Positions 52,806-64,000 of a stretch of 64,000 nucleotides of DNA are shown in pieces. The notes below the pieces were generated by a model that saw only the letters and a program-made list of their open reading frames with translations, was not told the origin of the DNA and ran no database searches. Positions within the stretch are counted from its first letter, which is position 1. The number at the start of each line of letters is the position of its first letter. Both the position numbers and the translations under genes were made by a program. This stretch comes from Eledone cirrhosa (lineage: Eukaryota): the NCBI GenBank assembly GCA_964016885.1, contig OZ024754.1, positions 12,648,001 through 12,712,000 of the forward strand. The letters are read 5' to 3'.

Positions 52806-53263
52806 ATTTGGGTAAACAAATTATACATGATACTTATTTATTAATGATTACAAAATTAAATAATATATATCCAGCCAAAACATACTCCTGATATGTCCTG
52901 GCCAACTGGTCAGACTTCTCATAACCATGTCACCCAGTACAATGCTGTTAATTTGGCTGGCAGTAGGAAGAGCATCTAGCAGCCATAGAAACCCAGTCTA
53001 AATATGGCCCCACTATGAGCAAGGCATGGTGCGGCCAAATGGCTACACCTCCCTCATGATGGGACCTACCAGCTCCCAAAATATGCTTTTGCTGTGAGCA
53101 GGGTATGGTGGAGCCAGCTGGCCAGACCCCCCCCCCCCACACACACACACTCATAATGGTGCCACCTAGTTCCACACTGTAAATGTGGTTGGTGTTAGGA
53201 AGGGCATCCAGCTGTAAAAAAAAATAAAATGGCTAGAGCTCAGCTACTGGGTCCCCAGCGCTT

Positions 53264-53299
<36 letters not shown>

Positions 53300-53541
53300 G
53301 TTGGTGTTAGGAAGGGTATCCAGCCATAGAAAGACTGCCAGAAACAGTTCTGTCTGAGCGAGACACGGTCTCCCGACCAATCCCGAATCATATGGAATAA
53401 AACCGTCTAACCCATGCTAGCATGGAAGATGGACGTTAAATGAGGATGATTCTCTATATGTGCATGTGTGTGTGTGTAATATACATATTTATATATATAT
53501 ATGTATCTGTGTGTGTGTGTATATATATATATATGTAGTAT

Positions 53542-53877
53542 GGAGGCACATGGCTTAGTGGTTAGAGCATTGGCCTTGCAATCGAAAGGTTGTGAGTTCA
53601 ATTCTCAGATCATGTGATGTGTTGTTTCCTTGAGCAAGGCACTTTATTCCACATTGCTCCAGTTTACTCAGCTGTAGAAATGAGATGATAGGGACTGGGG
53701 TCCATATCATTCCACTGTAAAGTGGTCGTGGAGGTGCCACGGCAAAATAGCACCCAGCACTCACTGTAAATGAGGTTGGTGTTAGGAAGGGCATCCAGCT
53801 GTAGAAATCAAGCCAGAATCAGTTCCCGTCCCACCCTTGCAAGCAGGGAAAAGTGGACGTAAAATGATGATGATGAT
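53542..53877 (+). mobile_element. SINE group A, full length
   Basis: A box tggcttagtgg, B box gagttcaattc, core, RTE-derived tail. Confidence 0.9.
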
Positions 53878-54560
53878 ATGTATCTGTGTGTGTATGTATA
53901 TATATATATATATATGTGTGTATATATAGATATGCATAAGCGTTTATGACTATCTCTCTATGTATCTATCTATCTATCTATATCTCCCTCTATATGCGTA
54001 TGCATGTATATCATGGAAAAAAATGGTTCAATTAATCCCCTTTGCTAGCCACACATGCGTCTGTAATCTATTTTGAGTAAAGAGCCGTATGTAATTTGGT
54101 AGGAGACCTCAGGCGAGAAGCTTTTAATGAGTTGGTTAAGTAGATTAAAGATAATTCATTTGTCTCTATGGATGAAACCTTAATCTATGATTAAGTTTCC
54201 ACACATACGTACACATACATATACAGAAAAAAGACAGAAATTGACTTCATACCTCTTCATCTTGCTATATTTTATTTTATTTTATTTTTTGAATAGATGA
54301 TGATGATTATGATGAGTCTTATATCTTAACCGAGAAATTACTCTAACCATTATATACGACTATATGGAACCGATGTTTTACTGAGATACTACAGTAATAC
54401 GGTTTAGCAGGTATAACTGGTTGTTCGTTTTTTTTTTTTTTTGATAGGGATTATATATATATATGTATATATATGTATATGTATGTATATATACACATAT
54501 ATATATATATATACATATATATACATATATATACACATACATATACATATACATATATAT

Positions 54561-54614
<54 letters not shown>

Positions 54615-54685
54615 ATATATATACATATATATATACATATACATATATATATATACATATACATATATATATATATACATATACA

Positions 54686-54741
<56 letters not shown>

Positions 54742-54760
54742 CATATTACTATACATATAC

Positions 54761-54810
<50 letters not shown>

Positions 54811-54847
54811 ACATATATATATATATACATATACATATACATATATA

Positions 54848-55620
54848 TCATCATCATCATCATCGTTTAACGTCCATCTTCCACGCTTGCATGGGTTTGG
54901 ACGGGAATTTTCCCACTTGAGGCAAGAGTGGTTGTCTTGCTCGTATAGGACTGTCTGGCGGGTTTTCTAAGGCTGGATGCCCTTCCTAACACCAACCACA
55001 TTTACAGTGTGGACTGGGAGGTTTTTACCGTGTTACCTACATGGCCACATTACAGCGTTGACTGTGTGTTTTTTAGTTGTGATACCTACGCAACCTCATT
55101 TGTTTCGGACTGAATGTTGTGGTACTAACATAACTTTACATTGAAAGGGGTGGTGTGGATGGGGTAGGGGTAGTGGGACGGGGGTGTATTTTGTTAGAGG
55201 TGCCTACTGACTGTAGTAGGTTTCCCTTTGTACTTAGTTAAGGTGGGTCTCCTGTATTACTGTGTAGCGCCAAAGATCTCGGTCCAGTGACATTGTCTTG
55301 GAGAGGTGTAAGTGTGTGAGGTCGGAATTTATCAAGTCATCCCAGGTTTTTCTGGGTCTGCCTACTCCGTGGCTACCGACTATTTTTATCGTCCTGCACT
55401 TTTTTATACAGCTGTCGTCTTTCATGCACATCACGTGACCATACCAACATAGTCTTCTCTCGAGTAAACAACATCTGATCCCTCTTATTTCTAATTTTTC
55501 CCTTAGTTCATTTATGCTTTGCCGTTCACGTATATTACTATTACACATCCAGCGGAGCATGCAAGCTTCGTTCTTCTCCAGTCTGCATATATCCTCTGCA
55601 CACAATGCCCATGTCTCACA
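54848..55620 (-). mobile_element. RTE LINE 3' fragment
   Basis: ORF 55234-55605 with RTE C-terminal motifs; UTR as in 48314-49026. Confidence 0.92.
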
Positions 55621-57608
55621 TATTTATATACATATATATATACATATATATATATACATATATATACATCTTACGTTAACTATTTTTCCCATTTTGACGC
55701 TATAGTCACTTATATATTATGGAATACTGTTGGCTTTTCGCTACAATGTTTTCTATACCTTTCATTTATATATATATACATATATATATATACATGTATA
55801 TATATATATATATATATACATGTATATATATATATACATATATATATATACTTATGTATATATATATATATATATGTGTGTGTGTATGTATATATATACA
55901 TGCATACATACATATATACACACACTCACATACATACATACATACAGACACATATATATATATATGTGTGTGTCTATACATATATGAAAGCAATATAAAT
56001 AAATAAATAAATAAATAGATAAATAAAATTGAAAAAATTGAAAAGGAGAACGTAAAACAACAACTATGGTATCTAATGCTTGCCAGGCAATTGCATTACA
56101 GATTACACTACACAGTTCTTTCCACCTATTCTCTTTTTTATTGCTCTATCGGAAATTAGTTATTTAAATCTAGATGTTCGGCTAATTTATTTTAATTCTT
56201 TTTACCTCTGCTATTTCAATCTCCACAGAATAATTGGAGAGCTACCATACCATGAGAAGATAATTTATAACTATGTATATAAGCTACAGCTCAATACGTA
56301 TATTAAAGAAGATTTTCTATAGTGGTGGGGATGAGGTTCACTGCAGCATTTATAGCCTGTGTGGAATTATCCAAAGTTTAATTAGATGCTGATATCAGTC
56401 TCTAAGAGATTTAACCCTTTAGCATTTAAACTGGCCAAAATTCTTTCATCTCTTTCTGTTCAAACCGGCTGTAACTGGCCACTCATATTGATGTTAAGGT
56501 ATCGGTCTCAAAATAAATAATATCAAAATCTCATAGATTCAATATTATGTGAGATATTATGTAAGATAAAGAAGCCTTTACCACAAAAACACAATCGTTC
56601 CTCCTGTTGATAAGCCCCCAGTGGTTTGTTTCTACACTTTATTCATGGCAAAACATGCTTACTGCATGTCCAGGAGATATAGTTATAAAAATAATTGTTT
56701 CTACTTTTGGCACAAGGCCAGCTATTACTCCAGTGTATTACTGGTACTTTATTTTATCGACCCCGTAAGGATGAAAGGCAAAGTTAACCTCGGCGGGATT
56801 TGAACTCAGAATATAGTTATAAAAATAATGGTCTGAACATTTTAATTTATCCTATTAACTTGTATGTATTTCCCATTCCGTTCGTAGACAATATGATTGC
56901 ACTATGGTGGTATTCTATCCCCTAAAATTGAATAGATGCTTCTTTGTGTATTTTTCTCTATACACTGTTTTATAGTATATATAGAGTAATGTAAATGCTA
57001 AAGGGTTAACCATTATCATCATTGTAAAGTATATGTCGATGTCAAGGGCAGTGGATTGGCAGAATCAGTAGAGCATTGGGTAAAATGCTTTGCCACATTT
57101 ATTTACAGTCATTTTTTTAGTCTGAGTTCAAATCTTGCCGATGTCAACTTTTCCTTTCATCCTTCTCAGGTTGATTAAATAAAGTACCAATAAAGTACTG
57201 AGCTCAAAATAGTTGTCTTTCCTTTCCCCCTGAAATTGCTGGCCTTGTTCTAAAATTAGACATCATGGGTTTGACAGGATATTTTGAGGCAGTGTTTTAT
57301 GACTGGGTGTCTTTCATCATCATCCTCATCATCTTCGTTTAACATCCATCTTCCACGCTAGCATGGGTTAGACCATGGTCTTGACACAAACCTTTTTATT
57401 TGCCTCTTAAAGACAAAGAAGGATAAAGTGCACCAATTCTAAAAATTGGCATACATATATTCTGAGCAAAATAAAGGATTATATTTAAGCCCTCTACATG
57501 TACATATAAAATTTATATTTCTTTTTAAGACCATATTTCTAATGAAAGTCTCTGTTCTTATTTCTTTTTAGGTGGAATGTCTGTTATAATGATTTGCTGT
57601 ATAATAAT

Positions 57609-57793
57609 TGTTTCTACTTTTGGCACAAGGCCAGCAATTACCCAGTGCATTACTGGTACTTTATTTTATCGACCTCGTAAGGATGAAAGGCAAAGTTAAC
57701 CTTGGCGGGATTTGAACTCAGAATGGCAAAAGCCGTAACTCTATGCGTCAAAGCATGGTGTCTGACACTCTACCGATACTGCCAATCCACCGC
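57609..57793 (-). mobile_element. SINE group B with 16-bp TSD tttgctgtataataat (other copies 56694-56810, 57045-57262, 58678-58885)
   Basis: TSD 57593-57608 and 57794-57809. Confidence 0.9.
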
Positions 57794-58920
57794 TTTGCTG
57801 TATAATAATAATAAGAAGAAAGATAAAATTAATTGATACTAGAATTTAAAGAGGGAATTAAAAAGGATTTGGGACTGTCATGAGATCAAAGACATCCTAA
57901 TTGTCATAGGAACAATAGGTACTATCTCGAAGAGTTTTCATAGATGGTTAAAGAATATTAGTCCAGCCCCCATCTTTAGAACACTTCAAAAAGAATGCTT
58001 GCTGGGAACAGTAAGAACCCTTTGATACATCTTGAATATCTGAGGCTGCAGGTAGCAGCTTGATGTTCATTTGAACAAACTTTCCAGTTGAATAACATCA
58101 ATGACTGAGACTCCAAGAAAATAATAATAATAATTTAATAATAAAAATAATTTAATAATGCTATGTAAAAGAATTAAAAAAGAAACAACTTCATAATAAT
58201 TGATTTCAATCTGAAATAATTTTTTGGAACATTTTTTAACTGGCTTATCCCAAAGGCAAATTGTATTTAAAGATTATGATTAAAAGCAATAATATCCTTA
58301 GAGCAGAGATTAGAAATAGATGTTATTTCTATTATTAGATTGTAAATACATAAATATAAAGGAATGGGGTATGAGAATGAGTGAAAGAATTTTAAAGGGG
58401 GGCAGGGTGGAATGAAAAAAATTAAAACACTTTAGGGATTATTGTAACAATTAAACAATGAAAATAGAGAATTGGTATAGAAAAAAGGGGATGATAAAAT
58501 AAAAAAAAGAAGAATGAGTGAACGAGAGACAGAGGGAGTTAGGATCAGGAATGTAGCTAGGACATGATCAGGGAGGATAACCAAAGATTAGATTAAAGTG
58601 ATAAATTGGTGCAGTTATTTTTTTAATATTTGAGTGAGTAAAGGATTAAGAAGGATTATGACAAATGATAATCATTACTAATATTAGCAAAAGGCCAGCA
58701 ACTTGGAGATTAAGTTGATTATATCAACCCCAGTACTTAACTCACACTTTATTTTATCAACTTCAGAAAGACGAAAGGCTTAGTTGACCTTGATAGGGTT
58801 TGAACTGAGAACATAAAGGGATATGTCTAAATACTGCAAAGCATTTTGTCTGATGCTCTAACGATTATGATAATCTACTACTCCAAATAATAATTTCTAC
58901 TCTACTGTAAAGTGATCGTC

Positions 58921-61900
58921 AATGTGGTTGGAGTAAGGAAGGGCATCCAGCCATAGAAAACCAACCCCAAAACACACAGCCCACACTGTAAAGTGGACGT
59001 GCAAAAGACATGGCAAAAAGCACCCAACACATACTATCAATGTGGTTGGAGTAAGGAAGGGCATCCAGCCATAGAAAACCAACCCCAAAACACACAGCCC
59101 ACACTGTAAAGTGGACGTGCAAAAGACATGGCAAAAAGCACCCAACACATACTATCAATGTGGTTGGAGTTAGGAAGGGCATCCAGCCATAGAAAACCAA
59201 CCCCAAAACATGCAGCCCACACTATAAAGTGGACGTGCAAAAGACATGGCAAAAAGCACCCAACACATACTATCAATGCGGTTGGAGTTAGGAAGGGCAT
59301 CCAGCCATAGAAAACCAACCCCAAAACACACAGCCCACACTGTAAAGTGGACGTGTAAAAGACATGGCAAAAAGCACCCAACACATACTATCAATGTGGT
59401 TGGAGTTAGGAAGGGCATCCAGCCATAGAAAACCAACCCCAAAACACACAGCCCACACTGTAAAGTGGACGTGTAAAAGACATGGCAAAAAGCACCCAAC
59501 ACATACTATCAATGTGGTTGGAGTTAGGAAGGGCATCCAGCCATAGAAAACCAACCCCAAAACACACAGCCCACACTGTAAAGTGGACGTGCAAAAGACA
59601 TGGCAAAAAGCACCCAACACATACTATCAATGTGGTTGGAGTTAGGAAGGGCATCCAGCCATAGAAAACCAACCCCAAAACACACAGCCCACACTGTAAA
59701 GTGGACGTGTAAAAGACATGGCAAAAAGCACCCAACACATACTATCAATGGGGTTGGAGTTAGGAAGGGCATCCAGCCATAGAAAACCAACCCCAAAACA
59801 CACAGCCCACACTGTAAAGTGGACGTGCAAAAGACATGGCAAAAAGCACCCAACACATACTATCAATGGGGTTGGAGTTAGGAAGGGCATCCAGCCATAG
59901 AAAACCAACCCCAAAACACACAGCCCACACTGTAAAGTGGACGTGTAAAAGACATGGCAAAAAGCACCCAACACATACTATCAATGTGGTTGGAGTTAGG
60001 AAGGGCATCCAGCCATAGAAAACCAACCCCAAAACACACAGCCCACACTGTAAAGTGGACGTGTAAAAGACATGGCAAAAAGCACCCAACACATACTATC
60101 AATGTGGTTGGAGTTAGGAAGGGCATCCAGCCATAGAAAACCAACCCCAAAACACACAGCCCACACTGTAAAGTGGACGTGCAAAAGACATGGCAAAAAG
60201 CACCCAACACATACTATCAATGGGGTTGGAGTTAGGAAGGGCATCCAGCCATAGAAAACCAACCCCAAAACACACAGCCCACACTGTAAAGTGGACGTGC
60301 AAAAGACATGGCAAAAAGCACCCAACACATACTATCAATGTGGTTGGAGTTAGGAAGGGCATCCAGCCATAGAAAACCAACCCCAAAACACACAGCCCAC
60401 ACTGTAAAGTGGACGTGTAAAAGACATGGCAAAAAGCACCCAACACATACTATCAATGTGGTTGGAGTTAGGAAGGGCATCCAGCCATAGAAAACCAACC
60501 CCAAAACACACAGCCCACACTGTAAAGTGGACGTGCAAAAGACATGGCAAAAAGCACCCAACACATACTATCAATGGGGTTGGAGTTAGGAAGGGCATCC
60601 AGCCATAGAAAACCAACCCCAAAACACACAGCCCACACTGTAAAGTGGACGTGCAAAAGACATGGCAAAAAGCACCCAACACATACTATCAATGTGGTTG
60701 GAGTAAGGAAGGGCATCCAGCCATAGAAAACCAACCCCAAAACACGCAGCCCACACTGTAAAGTGGACGTGCAAAAGACATGGCAAAAAGCACCCAACAC
60801 ATACTATCAATGGGGTTGGAGTTAGGAAGGGCATCCAGCCATAGAAAACCAACCCCAAAACACACAGCCCACACTGTAAAGTGGACGTGTAAAAGACATG
60901 GCAAAAAGCACCCAACACATACTATCAATGTGGTTGGAGTTAGGAAGGGCATCCAGCCATAGAAAACCAACCCCAAAACACACAGCCCACACTGTAAAGT
61001 GGACGTGCAAAAGACATGGCAAAAAGCACCCAACACATACTATCAATGGGGTTGGAGTTAGGAAGGGCATCCAGCCATAGAAAACCAACCCCAAAACACA
61101 CAGCCCACACTGTAAAGTGGACGTGCAAAAGACATGGCAAAAAGCACCCAACACATACTATCAATGGGGTTGGAGTTAGGAAGGGCATCCAGCCATAGAA
61201 AACCAACCCCAAAACACACAGCCCACACTGTAAAGTGGACGTGCAAAAGACATGGCAAAAAGCACCCAACACATACTATCAATGTGGTTGGAGTTAGGAA
61301 GGGCATCCAGCCATAGAAAACCAACCCCAAAACACACAGCCCACACTGTAAAGTGGACGTGCAAAAGACATGGCAAAAAGCACCCAACACATACTATCAA
61401 TGTGGTTGGAGTAAGGAAGGGCATCCAGCCATAGAAAACCAACCCCAAAACACGCAGCCCACACTGTAAAGTGGACGTGCAAAAGACATGGCAAAAAGCA
61501 CCCAACACATACTATCAATGGGGTTGGAGTTAGGAAGGGCATCCAGCCATAGAAAACCAACCCCAAAACACACAGCCCACACTGTAAAGTGGACGTGTAA
61601 AAGACATGGCAAAAAGCACCCAACACATACTATCAATGGGGTTGGAGTTAGGAAGGGCATCCAGCCATAGAAAACCAACCCCAAAACACACAGCCCACAC
61701 TGTAAAGTGGACGTGTAAAAGACACGGCAAAAAGCACCCAACACATACTATCAATGTGGTTGGAGTTAGGAAGGGCATCCAGCCATAGAAAACCAACCCC
61801 AAAACACACAGCCCACACTGTAAAGTGGACGTGCAAAAGACATGGCAAAAAGCACCCAACACATACTATCAATGGGGTTGGAGTTAGGAAGGGCATCCAG

Positions 61901-64000
61901 CCATAGAAAACCAACCCCAAAACACACAGCCCACACTGTAAAGTGGACGTGCAAAAGACACGGCAAAAAGCACCCAACACATACTATCAATGTGGTTGGA
62001 GTTAGGAAGGGCATCCAGCCATAGAAAACCAACCCCAAAACACACAGCCCACACTGTAAAGTGGACGTGTAAAAGACACGGCAAAAAGCACCCAACACAT
62101 ACTATCAATGTGGTTGGAGTTAGGAAGGGCATCCAGCCATAGAAAACCAACCCCAAAACACACAGCCCACACTGTAAAGTGGACGTGCAAAAGACATGGC
62201 AAAAAGCACCCAACACATACTATCAATGGGGTTGGAGTTAGGAAGGGCATCCAGCCATAGAAAACCAACCCCAAAACACACAGCCCACACTGTAAAGTGG
62301 ACGTGCAAAAGACACGGCAAAAAGCACCCAACACATACTATCAATGTGGTTGGAGTTAGGAAGGGCATCCAGCCATAGAAAACCAACCCCAAAACACACA
62401 GCCCACACTGTAAAGTGGACGTGTAAAAGACACGGCAAAAAGCACCCAACACATACTATCAATGTGGTTGGAGTTAGGAAGGGCATCCAGCCATAGAAAA
62501 CCAACCCCAAAACACACAGCCCACACTGTAAAGTGGACGTGCAAAAGACATGGCAAAAAGCACCCAACACATACTATCAATGGGGTTGGAGTTAGGAAGG
62601 GCATCCAGCCATAGAAAACCAACCCCAAAACACACAGCCCACACTGTAAAGTGGACGTGCAAAAGACACGGCAAAAAGCACCCAACACATACTATCAATG
62701 TGGTTGGAGTTAGGAAGGGCATCCAGCCATAGAAAACCAACCCCAAAACACACAGCCCACACTGTAAAGTGGACGTGTAAAAGACACGGCAAAAAGCACC
62801 CAACACATACTATCAATGTGGTTGGAGTTAGGAAGGGCATCCAGCCATAGAAAACCAACCCCAAAACACACAGCCCACACTGTAAAGTGGACGTGCAAAA
62901 GACATGGCAAAAAGCACCCAACACATACTATCAATGGGGTTGGAGTTAGGAAGGGCATCCAGCCATAGAAAACCAACCCCAAAACACACAGCCCACACTG
63001 TAAAGTGGACGTGCAAAAGACACGGCAAAAAGCACCCAACACATACTATCAATGTGGTTGGAGTTAGGAAGGGCATCCAGCCATAGAAAACCAACCCCAA
63101 AACACACAGCCCACACTGTAAAGTGGACGTGCAAAAGACATGGCAAAAAGCACCCAACACATACTATCAATGTGGTTGGAGTAAGGAAGGGCATCCAACC
63201 GTAGAAAACCAACCCCAAAACACACAGCCCACACTGTAAAGTGGACGTGCAAAAGACATGGCAAAAAGCACCCAACACATACTATCAATGTGGTTGGAGT
63301 TAGGAAGGGCATCCAGCCATAGAAAACCAACCCCCAAACACACAGCCCACACTGTAAAGTGGACGTGTAAAAGACATGGCAAAAAGCACCCAACACATAC
63401 TATCAATGGGGTTGGAGTTAGGAAGGGCATCCAGCCATAGAAAACCAACCCCAAAACACACAGCCCACACTGTAAAGTGGACGTGCAAAAGACATGGCAA
63501 AAAGCACCCAACACATACTATCAATGGGGTTGGAGTTAGGAAGGGCATCCAGCCATAGAAAACCAACCCCAAAACACACAGCCCACACTGTAAAGTGGAC
63601 GTGCAAAAGACATGGCAAAAAGCACCCAACACATACTATCAATGGGGTTGGAGTTAGGAAGGGCATCCAGCCATAGAAAACCAACCCCAAAACACACAGC
63701 CCACACTGTAAAGTGGACGTGCAAAAGACATGGCAAAAAGCACCCAACACATACTATCAATGTGGTTGGAGTAAGGAAGGGCATCCAGCCATAGAAAACC
63801 AACCCCAAAACACACAGCCCACACTGTAAAGTGGACGTGCAAAAGACATGGCAAAAAGCACCCAACACATACTATCAATGTGGTTGGAGTAAGGAAGGGC
63901 ATCCAGCCATAGAAAACCAACCCCAAAACACACAGCCCACACTGTAAAGTGGACGTGCAAAAGACATGGCAAAAAGCACCCAACACATACTATCAATGTG
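58921..64000. repeat. 118-bp satellite, 43 complete units, running off the window; derived from the RTE 3' UTR / SINE A body
   Basis: aatg(t/g)ggttggag recurs every 118 bp from 58921 to 63995; unit aligns with 7862-7960. Confidence 0.97.

Noticed and set aside
53542-53615. tRNA gene
   Set aside because: A and B boxes are present, but it is the head of a multi-copy SINE and lacks a proper acceptor stem
58897-64000. Dozens of 110-aa and 60-aa ORFs, or a CRISPR-like array
   Set aside because: Pure 118-bp tandem repeat with no unique spacers and no cas genes

Overview
AT-rich, repeat-saturated eukaryotic DNA. The SINE/RTE repertoire and microsatellite load look cephalopod (Octopus-like); this is an inference. 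I found no intact host gene, and almost all long ORFs in the track are artefacts of micro/minisatellites. Identifiable content: a near-full-length but disabled R4/Dong-type non-LTR retrotransposon (36.3-40.4 kb) plus several other R4 3' ends in (TAA)n; RTE LINE fragments; two abundant tRNA-derived SINE groups; a Penelope-like (PLE) GIY-YIG 3' end; a non-autonomous Helitron; hAT-, mariner- and piggyBac-type MITEs; and several TE-derived tandem arrays, including a 118-bp satellite filling the last 5 kb. The main hidden signal: many short 'unique' islands between (TA)n tracts carry type I hammerhead ribozyme motifs. I count about 20 from a dozen or so sequence families, often as head-to-head palindromic pairs. 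Two families carry a compensatory U3:A8 catalytic-core variant. All ribozyme calls come from folding by eye; activity is untested.
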